This document shows positions 1 through 11,241 of a DNA stretch of 64,000 bases, one piece after another. The stretch is from assembly GCA_965644315.1 (NCBI GenBank), contig CBFFRQ010000017.1, positions 1 through 64,000 of the forward strand, given 5' to 3'. The notes under the pieces were generated by a model, which was given only the letters and a program-made list of their open reading frames with translations, was not told the DNA's origin and ran no database searches. This DNA comes from Caecitellus pseudoparvulus (taxonomy: Eukaryota > Protista > Bigyra: Bicosoecida). Made by a program: the position numbers and the translations under genes. Every line of letters begins with the position of its first letter. Position 1 is the stretch's first letter.

Positions 1-335
1 ACAGCGCTCCGCTAGCAGAGTTTTGACGCGTGCTTTTTCACCAGAGTTCAAAGGTCATATTAGTATTTTTGAGAGGAGGTTCTGCGCTCCTAGTGAGAAT
101 GCATCTCCAGGCCTGCACTAGTGAGAGGTGGTGGCGGAGCCTCGCACTAGTGAATTTCCGCGTGCTGGGAGCGCTACTAGTGCGCGCAGCTGCCCTGGGC
201 ACTACTAGCGCTCCCGCAAGCAGCACTTCCTCCTAGTAGCACATCCTTTACTAGTAAAACAGGGCCAGCCTGCCGTGACCCACATGCATTCAACAACACC
301 TGTAAAGCCGTTCAATGACCACAAGCACTTCAGCT

Positions 336-1968
336 TCAATGCTCCGGCACCAATACCAAGCCAAAGAGCAACAGCCCAAAGCGGACACGAGGCGACGAGT
401 AGAGCCCGACCAGCTCCGTGTGTACATGGTGCTTCATGCGGAGGGACGTCCACACCATGGCCAACATGCAGGACGCACGCTTCTTGTCGGCGGGGGTGAG
501 GACGCCCAGGTCCCCACAACCAACCACCCATTGCTTGTTCTTGATGTTCAAGCAGTTGACAGCGACTTTGTACACAGCCTCCATCCACCCCAAGACAACC
601 CGAGCCCCTGTGGCGACAACTTCCGGGCCGCGAAGGGCCTCTTCCAATCAATCGAGGTCTGGGGCCGTACCGTGTGCAGGCGGCACCCGATCCTCCGATG
701 GGTGGGCACTCGAAGACAGCCTTGATGGAGTCGTCTCCAATGATGCGAGAGCGGCAAACGTCCACCTCCAGCACGGATGCACGCTGACTGAAGCGGTCGG
801 ATGTCCTTCGTTTGCCCCTGACCTGCGGCACGAAGAACTATGGTGGAGAAGCAGCAACTGGACACAGCTTCGCCCCAGCCGGTCCACAGGCATGCCCATT
901 CACACCTTGGGCACCCAGCTGTGGCGGTATTCGGGATCCTCGGATGACACCTCGAACAGGGTCATGCTGTGGTCAGACCGACCAGCTGCCCCTCCAGTGC
1001 ACTTCTCGTGAACAGGATTGTACTTCCTCTTCATCTCGTTCCACAGCCCCAAAACTTCCCAGGCACTCCACACTGCACAGAGCTCGAGGAGCGCGCCATC
1101 CTGTGCTGCGCAGGCACGACAGGCACCTTCCGTCCACTCACCTCGTGATCTTCGCGCGGCACTTGTTGCTGGCACTCTTCAGTGTCTTTGCGAGACCTGC
1201 ATATTTTGCATGCTTGCTGGCCGACACCATGTCCTCCAGAGCACGAAGCACACTACCCTGCTCGGCCATCTCCTCTTGCAGAGAGGCCTTGTTCGCTCCT
1301 GCTCGCACACTTTCGAGGCACATACTCTGCCATGGCGAAGAGAAGTTGGTGTCATGCTGAACAGGGTTCGAGTCATGTGCATCTGGCTGTTCCCCGTCTT
1401 CCTCCAAGTCTTCAACCATCTGGAAGGGAGGGCCCTACTCGGAGGCGACAGTGTTGATTGCTGCCTGCAGGGTGTCGACCAAGACTTTGGCGTCAGCGAA
1501 GATGAAGTTGGGGATTTTAATGAATCAGGCCGAGTACGATGCGGCGGCCTTCTGCCCTGAACTTTGGGGCCCATGGAACTGGGTCGGCGTCGGTCTCCTT
1601 CTCCAGGATAGCAGCAAGGTGGTCACCTGGCATGCGTGGCATGCTTCTTGGAGGTCTTCCTCTACCTGCGCCTTCACCGCTGGAGACACTGCGTCCTCCA
1701 GATGGGACATCCTCGCCTGTCCCATACCAGCTGCGCAGTGGAGGTAGGACCTGTCGGTTGCAGAGCACACAAACATGTTGCGCATGGCCTTGACAATCGC
1801 ACGTTGGAGAGGAGTGCCAGAAGACACCGCCATCTCCTGCAGCGAGACATGTTCCTCTGCGACATCAAGCGGCTTGGGTGCCTTGACAGGCCTGCAGTCG
1901 GCCATCGCCTCTGCCACGAGGGCTTCTGGGTTGGCGTTGGCGTTGGCGTTGGCGTTAGCGTTCTGCAA
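336..1968 (-). pseudogene. Fragmented coding remnant inside the element, probable transposase
   Basis: Chain of protein-like ORF pieces (1525-1968, 1517-1768, 1138-1419, 900-1175, 648-899, 336-647) joined by in-frame stops and frameshifts. No catalytic motif confidently recognised. Confidence 0.45.
1929..1966 (-). repeat. (AACGCC)n hexamer microsatellite encoding Asn-Ala repeat
   Basis: GTTGGC tandem copies on the + strand; NANANANANAN in ORF 1525..1968. Confidence 0.85.
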
Positions 1969-2255
1969 CGCAACTTGTCGATCGCTGTAGCATCAGCAGC
2001 CGTTTGACAGGCAAGGACGGGCAGCTATAGCGGCGATACTACCAATAGCAGCTGCGCCAACGAGATCTTTGTTACATAAAGATGTGAAAGTGGCCGTCTC
2101 GGCTGCAGACGATTTCAGGGGGAAAGGCGGGTGGAGGCGTGAGCGTCACACACGCAGCGGGAAGCTGCCCGCACCATCGTCACCTTGTAGGATCAAAGGC
2201 GTCTCAACGACGGCGGCAGCACGGCTGATAGCTCTGGAAGACGAAGGTACCACAC

Positions 2256-2960
2256 TTACGTGGACGCTTCCGAGTCATCACAGCGCTGGCGGCTCTTGCT
2301 GCAGTTGAGCAGGCGGGCAGCATCGCAGAGATGAGCGCCTGCACCAGTGAATTCGGCCCTTGCCATTGGGCTCCTCCTCCTCGCTGTCGAGGTCCCCCAT
2401 GGGGAATGTGAGTGACATGGTGAACGCTTGGGGTGAGTGCGCAGCAATGCCGGCAGGTTCAGGGCTGGAAGTGGGTGCAACGCTGGGATGTGGAGAAAGC
2501 CAGGAAATGCAGGAGCGAGAAGTGGGGGCCGGCCGCCCGCATTGCCCGAAGCCCAGCACGCACCCATGACCCATGGGAGGGTAGGTTCGCTATCTGGGGC
2601 ATGCACCGTTCCTGCCATGCGGCACCGGCTGCACAGGCTGAAATTCAGCACGTGGCGTTTCACCTTGTCACAGAGCTGTTTGGGCCAGACGCTGCTTTGG
2701 GCGGCGCTCGCTCAGACCTTCCTGAAAGACCATCGCAGGGCAATGGGACATGCCGCACCTAAAGCTAGGTGATGATGGGTATACTGGGTGCCGGGGATGA
2801 GGTAGGAATCCCGCCCGGCCCCCCTGGGGCAGGCGTTGTGAAGGCGTTGGCCAGCAGCGAAACGCAACGCCAGTCGACGCAGGGCACCCCAGACCACTAA
2901 CACCATCACGGCCCAAAGAGGAAGCGTGCATGGCTTGAAATAACGAAGGAGAGGGTGCAC
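2256..2960 (-). pseudogene. Possible second decayed ORF of the element
   Basis: ORFs 2712..2960 and 2256..2663 are in the same frame, separated by a single TGA. No recognisable family. Confidence 0.25.
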
Positions 2961-3457
2961 AGAGTCGGCGGCCCCGCCAGCTTCATGCTCAGTAGTGTGG
3001 GTGTGTTGCCATAACAGCAGCTGGAGGCAGGTCTCCTTACTAGTACAGCTCTCGCACTAGTACAGCTGACCCTGCACCAGCTCTCAACCCCGCTCACACT
3101 AGCGACGCTTCGCAAAGGTCTAGCGCGCTAGCGCACAACCTACCCCTAGAGAAATCAGTGTTGAACAGTTTTGGCAAATCCTGGTCACACTAGCAAGATC
3201 AACCCAGTGATGCACGCCGTGCACTTCACTAGCGCAGACTTGGCACTAGCACAGCCGACCGTGTGAAAACTCGCACTGGCACCAACACTAGTCAATCATT
3301 TTTTCAAGTTCAGCGCACTAATGTGCATTTTCTCACTACGCCAGGGAGGGTTCGAAGACGTAAATTACTAGTGGGCCGACTTCCAGTGACGGGAGCGTCA
3401 TCGTAAGCACACCAGACCTAAGACGAGGACAGCTTTGTTACACCCTGCACCATCAAC

Positions 3458-4428
3458 ATGGCAAGTCAAGTTGCGAAGAAGCCTGTTCCTGTCAGTGCGT
3501 GCGAGCCGGCCCCACTACCAGCGAATCTGCGGTTGCAGCGGAGCCGTGCGGCACGCCGCCCTGCTGCGTTACGGGCAAGGTAGAGTACGGCGACCACATG
3601 CACAGTGTCTCGTGTTATGTAGAGGGGTCTGTGCATATGCTGTGCAGCCTCTTTGGGGCCGCTGTGTGCTGTGTTTGGCGCAGGCACCACCACGCCTGGC
3701 AGCCACAACCTTGCCGGGCACTTGCTTGAGCCCTTGCCTGCACGCCGACGCCCGTGTCCCACCGCAGAGGAGGCGGCTGCCATCTCCAAGACCATCCCAG
3801 ATCCCAAGACAACGCCCTACATTTACAGCACCTCGTGCCGTGAGCACTTGGCGTGGCTGGAGAAGGTACGGCAGGCAGCGCAGCACACCGTGACAGCAGG
3901 CCTTCCGAACCGCGCGCTGTGCCATGCTTGCAGGTGTTTGAAGGCACGACAAAGGAATTTTGGGTGACCAAGGGCGAGCCCGAGTTGGTGGTGCACAGCG
4001 AGGTGGTGCTGGGCAATGACACCAAGGTTTGGATGGCCAGCTTGCAGTGGGACCCGCTCACCCAGACCGACTGCACGTCAGCGCAACTGACCGAGCTGGA
4101 CCGAGCCAACGTTGGCAAGGGTGTGGTGCAAGATGCGCCGGAGGCGGCAGCCTCCCCTGCCAAGCGCAAGCGTGAGGAAGACGGGGCAGCAACAGGGACC
4201 GCAGCAGGCGCCAAGTCGCAGTGCCGTGCCTACGTTGAGTTCAAGACGAAGACTGAAGTGGACCGAGTGTTCGAGACAGGTATCTCTGTGGGCGGTACCG
4301 CCCAGCAGAAGCCCTTCGACGCTTTCTGGGGCATGTACTGGAGTGAGCTTGTGGACCCGTGGGGCACCGTCTGGCTGATCTGCGCCCCGCAGCCCAAGGC
4401 GGAGGCGGCAGAGGCAAAGACTGAATGA
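3458..4428 (+). CDS. VOC/glyoxalase superfamily (PhnB-like) protein, spliced
   Basis: TTPYIY...HLAWLEK|VFEG...VVHSEVVLG...VDRVFETGISVGG..QQKPFDAFWGMYWSELVDPWGTVWLI matches PhnB-type VOC motifs. Short GT-AG introns; 5' exon structure uncertain. Confidence 0.75.
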
Positions 4429-4780
4429 TGCAGCCTGAGAAATGCAGCGACGTACCTTGCGCCCTGCGAGGAGTGGAGTCTGACGCCAGCTGCTTTCATC
4501 TGCAGAGTGTGCCGCAGAGGCCAGCCCGGACTCGATACTCTGGCAGCACCGAGCGCAGCATTCCACCGCCACCGGCAATACGTAGACTTGCGGGACTGCC
4601 ATAGAATATCTCAGTGCTCACGCTGGCTGATCGGTGCGGCTTTACGTGCCGTGTCGACGGCCCAGCCAACCTGCGTTTCTGTGGCGTTGAGAGTGCGGAA
4701 AGAGCGGACGCGTGCTCACCGTGAGCGCTCACGGTGTGCGCGCCGAGTAGTGAGCTCGGGAACCCTGCTCTGCCATAGCC

Positions 4781-6039
4781 ATGTGGCTCATCTGGTGGGA
4801 CCCGTGCGGCCTCTTCTGCTACCTCTTCGTGAGTATGCGAGCTGCCGCTCGAGCTGACGGGGAACGATGTCGTGAGATGCACTGCACTTGCGCACGCCCG
4901 CCCCACCCCACCTCTGACGCTGCCGCAGGGAGAGCTGGTGATGGTGCTGTCGAACTACGTCGTCTTAGTGTACATTCTTGGACCATGGACTCAGTGGAAC
5001 ACCGTGGGCATCGTCAACGGCGTGCTGTTCCAGACCGTCGTGTGCCTGGTGTTTGTGGCTCACTGGCGGGCCATGTTCGTATGCCCTGGCGTAACACAAC
5101 TGAACTCGGTGCGTGCGAAACTGTGCGGGAATCAGTGCACGGCATCTGTGCACCGCTGTGCCCACTTGCCTGCCGCAGGCAACCCCGGCTGACTGCCAGC
5201 CAGACCAGTCTGACCCCACGTGGTGGACCAAGCCCAAGCGCAAGTACTGCACCAAGTGCAAGGCCATCAAGCCCCCTCGGGCTCACCACTGCTCGGTTGC
5301 CGGGCGCTGTGTGGTGAAGATGGACCACTACTGCCCCTGGGTGAACAACACAGTGGGGCAGAACAACCACAAGTTCTTCCTGCAGTTCCTCGTGTACGTG
5401 TTCATCGGCACGGCGTACGCGGCCCTGGCCTCACTGGCTTACGGCCTAGCCGTGTGGCAGGGCTGGACACCCTGGCCCAAGTGGAGCGTCCTGGACATCG
5501 GCCTGGTCGTGGCGCAGGTGGTCCTGGATGCCTTCTTCGCGATTTTCGTCTGCGCCATGATGAGTGACCAATTCGAAGCGGTGTGCACTGACACCACTGG
5601 CATCGAAGCCATGAAGCGGTGGGAGGAGCGAGACTGGACGCTCATGCAGGGCTTGACCAACGTCATGGGGGGGCCGCTCGGCCTGCACTGGTTCATCCCC
5701 ACCTTGCCCCAGGGCAAGGCGCTGTACCAGTGGTCGGCCACAGATGACCTGGACGCGTACGACATCCGCGATCCCAGCATCAAGAACTTTTTCCGGCAGC
5801 TGGACTTCGAGGCGCGGCTGCAGGAGCTGAACGCGGCCAAAGGCGAGGAGGGGCAGGCCGACGCCCCTAGCAAGCCCAGCCTGCCAAACCTGCAGGAACT
5901 CATCGGGCAGGACTTGAAACGGGTGTACGACGAGCAGGGCAGGGCCATGCTGGTCCCTGGCGATGTCGCGCAGCGGCTGCAGGCTCGCAAGGCTGCCAGG
6001 GCGGAGGAGGACATGGACATGTCGAGCGTGGGCATTTAG
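4781..6039 (+). CDS. DHHC-family S-palmitoyltransferase (DHYC variant), 2 introns
   Basis: CTKCKAIKPPRAHHCSVAGRCVVKMDHYCPWVNNTVGQNNHKFFLQF, four TM segments and a TTGIE motif. Exons MWLIWWDPCGLFCYLF / GELVMVLSNY...QLNS / ATPADCQ... Confidence 0.93.
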
Positions 6040-6423
6040 GGCTTGCAGGGGGCGCCACTTTCCCGCCTGTCACACATTTGAATTCATGCTCCCGCGAAGG
6101 CACGCTTGATGCGCCCCCGCCACCTCGCTCCCTTGCATAGCACAAGCCAGGCGCGTGTGTCTGCTGTGGCGTTTTTCGCGAGACACACATTGCGCTGCTA
6201 GGACTGCACAAGCAGCGCCCCTGACCCAGTGTTCAAACACGTGACTACTATTTCAGCACAGCTGCAGTCCACATCATGTCTTTTCGCGTGCGTGACACCC
6301 GCGCACAGGGCTGGGGGAGCTGCCCCGCCGCCGTCGCAGCGACCTGGACACAGGCCACTGCCCCGCCCTCCTTCGCAGCTGAGCAGCCCGAAGGCGGGCT
6401 CCTCTCCGAGGTCTTCAGCACCA

Positions 6424-7709
6424 ATGGGACCCCAGAACATTCCCCTCCCAAAAACATACACCAGTGTGCATAAGCTGGCCGCCACGGGCATGTTGAAGGC
6501 GCTGCGAGCTCTGCTGGACCCAGAGGGGGCCAAAGCTGCCGCAGATGGCTTGGTGCCTGCCTTTGGCACCCGCACTCCGAAAGTGGCAGAGGCCTCCCAA
6601 GCCAAGGCAGCTGCAGAGGCTGCTGCAGCAGAGGCAGAGGCTGGTGCAGCTGAGGCCAAAGCACAGGCGTCTCCCCGCGCCGCTGGCGCACTGGTGGACA
6701 GCTTCCTGCCAGATGAGCTGCTGGCTGGCATGGGAGGGGGCAAGGAGGAGGAGGAGGAGGACACTGGGCCCAGCTTCAGCATGGCCTCGCCGCGAGCCGG
6801 CGGCGGGGGCACTGGCGCAGGGGACCTTTCTGCCCAGGACAGCCTGCCTGCACCGGGAGACATTGACGTGAATGCCGTCGACGCGACAGGCCTGACACCC
6901 CTCATGCACGCTGCCCGGAACGGGCACGGGGACATCACCACCTTCCTCATTGACTACAACGCAGGCGAAGTGGAGCTGGACCGCCCCTCACCCAGTTCTG
7001 GCACCACGGCTCTGGGGCTTGCGGCCGCTGCTGGCTGTGAAGAGCCAGTGCGCCTGCTGCTGGCAGCTGGGGCGGACGTCGGCATTCTGGACATGCATGA
7101 CAACTCTGCACTGCACCAGGCGTGCGTGGGCGGGAACTTGCCCATCATCCAGGCCCTGCTGGCAGCAGGTGCTGCTGTGAATGGGCAGAACCGAGCAGGC
7201 CACACGTGAGTTGCTTGCGACGCCAGATGATGGCATCGACTGCTGCCCAGCTGCTGCAGCCCCCCCTGTCTGCTTGCCGCACCCCCCCCCTTCTTTCGCC
7301 CCGTCACAGCCCCCTCATGATCCTGGCTGCCAATGGACACGCCACTGCGGCGCGGGACGGGCTGCTCAAGAGCAGTGCTGGTGGCATTAGCCTGGGCGGC
7401 TCTGGGGGTGCCCCCTCTCCCAAGCGTGGGGGGGGTGCACCCCCAGGTGGCAGCGCCACGCCCACCCCTACACCCACTGCTGACGTGGCGCTAGTTGACG
7501 ATCGGGGCTTCACAGCCCTGCACCATGCAGCCGCCCAGGGACACGTCAGGATGGTTAAGCTGCTTCTGTCAGTGGGGTGCAGCCCTGCGGTGCGCGCAGT
7601 GGGACCAGAGGGTGCGGGCAGTGGGCCCACCCCCTTGGATGTCGCTGCTAGCCAAGAGGTGCACGCGTTGCTGACTGGCAGCTCGCCTGCCAGCGAGAGC
7701 AAGAAGTGA
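6424..7709 (+). CDS. Ankyrin-repeat protein, 1 intron (~7206-7309)
   Basis: Repeated G-T-P/A-L-H/M-x-A-A-x-x-G-H motifs (GLTPLMHAARNGH, GTTALGLAAAAG, NSALHQACVGG, GFTALHHAAAQGH). Confidence 0.85.
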
Positions 7710-7797
7710 CACGAAGCGAGGCGGCAGGTGGCATGAGAAGGAATCAATTCACCACGAAAGCGGCTAAAGGTCATGTACGGAGTGAGAGGGGGGCGGC

Positions 7798-9442
7798 TCA
7801 CGCCACTTGCCCCCCTCCAGAGGTCTGGGAGCTCGCTCGAGCGGTCAGGGTGGCAACGCCAGGCAGCTTGGGCACTGGCTTGGCGGGGGGTGCCAAGTCA
7901 GACGCCGCCGCCGCCAGTGCCTCCAGGGGGGATGCTGTGGGGAGGGAGGTGGACCTGCCTTGCGCCAGCGCCCAAGTCCCCGCTGCCGCCATGGCGGCTG
8001 TGCTGGAGGCCCAGGAGATAGTCTGGTGGCGACTGGTCACCTGAGGAGCCCCGAAGCCCGAGCCATCCACTGGGTCGGTGCTCTGGCCCGAGTGAGTGGG
8101 TCCTGAGAACTGTGGGTGCATGGGGGGTGGCGCACTGGCTGCGGGCCAAGCACCTCCGCCGCTCCCTGCCACATACGAGCTGTGGGCGGGGTACGACGGC
8201 ACCGCGGCCACCTTGGCGACAGGCATGGCATGCACCATGCCCTCGCTGTGCGCTTCGGGCACGACCTTGTCCCGGGCACGCTTGGTGCCACGGGGGGCAC
8301 GGGGGGGCTCTGGAGACAGCCCGGCAGCTGCCTCGGATGATCGGACGGCCTCCGCCGCCTGCTCGATGGTGTCGTAGTAGCCCAGGTGTTTGCGGCCCTT
8401 ACCAGGGCCCAGGCGGCGGGAATACGCCTGCCACTTGCCGGCGCTCTTGTTCCAACTCACGCCCTTAATTCCCGGGTTGGGGTGAGGGGCGGGCTGTCCC
8501 TTCATGGGGTTCCCGCCTTTCGGGCGGCGACGAGCCACGCCCGGCGCCGCCTGGGCCGCGGGGCGCCGGACCTGGCGTGCGTCTGGGGTGGCTGCAGCGG
8601 GCAGCGTGTGGGACGGTGGTTGGCTGGGCAGGGCGTGGGAGGCGGGGTAGGAGTGGGGGATGCTGAATGCCATGGCGCCGTCCCCGCCCATCACCTCCAC
8701 CGCGTGCACACCCCTGCCTGTGCCCGGCATGGCGTCGTGAGGCATGCCCCCTGACTGCACACGAGCCGCCACGCCCAGCTCATGGCTGGGGATGCGGCCT
8801 GGCGCGATGCTCGGGTGCACCAGACCATGTCTGGCATGGGCCTGTGCCGCGCTGGCGTGGTGAGCGTGCGCGGCGCCTGGTGCTGGGTACGAAGTCGTGG
8901 TGTATCCGCCGCTGTAGTGTGGGCCGCCTGGCCGCTGCCACACCTGCTCAGGCCTGCCCTGGTACGTGGGGTGCGCATACAGAGGCTGCTGGTGCGAGGC
9001 TTGAGCGGGGGGACCGTAGTACACCCCCTCGGGGCCCATGGCAGTCTGCATGCTGGCTGTACGCTGCCCCGACATGGGAGGCATGCTCATGCTTCGCCCT
9101 GCTTCCGGGCCTGTCGCAGAAGGCCACGCAGTGAACGGGGGAACAGCTGAGGCGGCGTGGCCAGTTGATGTCGCTGCGGCGGCAAAAGCCGGCGGTGCCC
9201 CTGTGCTCAAGTAGCTAGCGGAGCGCTTGGAGGGAGAAGCGGGGGGGAAGTTGTTGGAGAACGCTGTGCTGCTTCCTGTGTGCGTCCGGTGTGCTTGCTG
9301 TGTCATGGGGGGGCGTGGGAAGCAAGGTGCAGGGAGGCAGTGCGGGGCATTGGCAGGCGTCGGAACCCGGCCCGGAGCGTGCGCTCTGCCGCAGCAGCAG
9401 GCGCCGTTTGGCGAGCAAACGCACAGGAATCTGAGAATGCAT
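7798..9442 (-). CDS. AP2/ERF-domain transcription factor
   Basis: GIKGVSWNKSAGKWQAYSRRLGPGKGRKHLGYYDTIEQAAEAVR is an AP2 domain inside low-complexity P/A/H/Q-rich sequence. Start at 9442 (via intron) or 9306. Confidence 0.8.
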
Positions 9443-10042
9443 GGTGGACTTTGCATGCGGAGGGGGCTCTCCCCGCTGCCTCTTGCGGGAGCACGCCGTG
9501 CGGCTCGAGATCTCCGGGCTGGCGTTTCAGTGGGTGATGTCTGCGATGCGTGAGACGTCACAGCTGCCGACGGTCACTTCTCCCACTGTCCTGTGCAGGG
9601 CGCGTGCACCAGTGCCATGTGTGCGGCTGTCGCTGCATTGGGGACAGGGCGGCCCTCGCGTCGCAGGCAGTCCGCCGTGCGGCCAGTCGCTCCCGCGGAG
9701 AGCGTGTCGCTGTGCTGCAGCCTTGGTGTTTCTCAAGCACGCCTGCGGGCCGCAGCCAAACTGCAAGGACAGACACTGCCCCCTCCCCACCGCTCAGCAG
9801 GGCCACTCACCTTGGTAACGGGGTGCTTCAATACACTGCACTGTTGGTATTTGTTTTTTTTTGTGGCAGCGGGGCACAACTGACACCTCCCGGATGGCTG
9901 TCCGCACCTTGCGCTTCCGCCCAAGATCCCACCCCCCCTTGCGCAACGTAGAGAAGGGGGTGGCAGCCGTTGCCCTGCTTCTGGGTGTACCGGCAGCGGC
10001 TGCCACAGCGCTGCGCGCAGCCAGGGAACTCGTGGAACATGC

Positions 10043-11143
10043 TCAAGTCCCCGCAAGAAATGTCTCGGCAGCAGGCAAGGCTAGCGGGGCCAAGCGCTGC
10101 AAAGTTGTGCTGCCGCTGCTGCTGCACAGAGCAAACCACACCGGCACGCAAACGGCATCGACAGATGCCGGGTGCCGCCCGGCAATCCACTCCAGCGCAG
10201 CCAACGCAGCGGCCACGCCAGGCTCTGCGTCTGCCACGCCACCCCCAGCACTCGACAAGGGCAGGGCACTCTGCAGCAGCCTGCCGAGTTGGTGTGACGT
10301 AACTTGAGCAGGAAGCAGCAAAGCCACCACCTCTGCAGCTGCATGTCTGCAGCTAGCCGGTAAATACGAGTTGCACAGAAGACTCAGGGCAAACTCTGCC
10401 GCCAATATGCTCCTCTCAGCGGCAGAGTGGGGGGGTGCCTTCTTGGTGACTTTCCCTCCCCTGAGCCACTCTCCGGTGGCAGCCACGTCAGCCTCCGCGC
10501 AGCGGCCGTACAGCGCCAGCACGTCAACGCGACATGGCAAGGGCGCTGCATCAGGCACCAAGACGACCCGTGCCGCGGGAATGCCAGGGTGGCTGCGCGC
10601 GAACTCTCCGCGACGGCGCGCGAACACTTCGAAAGCCACCTCCGGCAGCAGTGCATCCGCAGCCGCGCCCGTGTCACTCGGCCCAACCTGCACCACCAGC
10701 GCCGCAGGGGAGCGCACGCGCACAATCAACCCTGCGTCTCGTAGCTTGCGGTATGTCCGAGCTCCAGCTAAGCCACCCGCCCACGGCAACAGGTTCTCAT
10801 ACCCTTCCTTCCGGGTCCAGGCGCTATCCGAAGGGTGCCGCTCACCAGAGCAAGTGACACTCAGCCGCCCTTGCTCCAACAAGTACAACGCTTCAACTGC
10901 ATGTAGCCATTCCTTGCCGTCTCGGCTGAAACCCATGCTGGCCGCCAGTTTCCCTGCCTTGCCGCCCAGCTCCACAGCGTGTGATGTAGGACACCAATTT
11001 CCGCGCATTGCCTTGGCTGCGCAGTGACCCGCCTCGCCCGAAGCACTGCCTGCTTCAAGGCGTTCCAGCCAGGCCTCGAGTCCAATTACTTCGTCGACAT
11101 CACTTGCGCTGTCTTGATCACCCTCGCCTTCAGCTGCAGCCAT
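10043..11143 (-). CDS. TSEN54: tRNA-splicing endonuclease subunit Sen54-like
   Basis: GNWCP...GKAGKLAASMGFSRDGKEWLHAVEALYLLEQGRL and TYRKLRDAGLIVR match the Sen54 N-terminal region. Likely start MAAAEG at 11143. Confidence 0.75.
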   Translation of the reverse strand: MAAAEGEGDQDSASDVDEVIGLEAWLERLEAGSASGEAGHCAAKAMRGNWCPTSHAVELGGKAGKLAASMGFSRDGKEWLHAVEALYLLEQGRLSVTCSGERHPSDSAWTRKEGYENLLPWAGGLAGARTYRKLRDAGLIVRVRSPAALVVQVGPSDTGAAADALLPEVAFEVFARRRGEFARSHPGIPAARVVLVPDAAPLPCRVDVLALYGRCAEADVAATGEWLRGGKVTKKAPPHSAAERSILAAEFALSLLCNSYLPASCRHAAAEVVALLLPAQVTSHQLGRLLQSALPLSSAGGGVADAEPGVAAALAALEWIAGRHPASVDAVCVPVWFALCSSSGSTTLQRLAPLALPAAETFLAGT

Positions 11144-11241
11144 AGTGTGCCTTCTCCCACGCAAGAGCGACTGCACAGAGCCGGCCGTCATGCTGAGCAC
11201 TTCACCCAGCGGGCGCAAAGTGAATTGTGGGACTATGTGCC

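Larger units (their letters stand above)
58..3373. mobile_element. Degraded DNA transposon (CACTA/En-Spm-like ends; superfamily uncertain)
   Basis: CTAG-core repeats cluster at 12-254 (often CTAGTG) and 3040-3371 (mostly CACTAG), i.e. in mirror orientation. The right end TAAATTACTAGTG(3373) reads CACTAGTAATTTA on the minus strand and resembles TATTAGTATTTTT at 58. TAGTGAGAA(AA)TGCA lies 33-35 nt inside both ends. The interior holds broken minus-strand ORFs. No TSD found, so the ends are approximate. Confidence 0.6.

Noticed and set aside
1-3400. CTAG arrays as CRISPR or Helitron ends
   Set aside because: Eukaryotic context; repeats are only 5-8 bp with irregular spacing and occur in mirror orientation at both ends rather than as one 3' CTAG with a hairpin.
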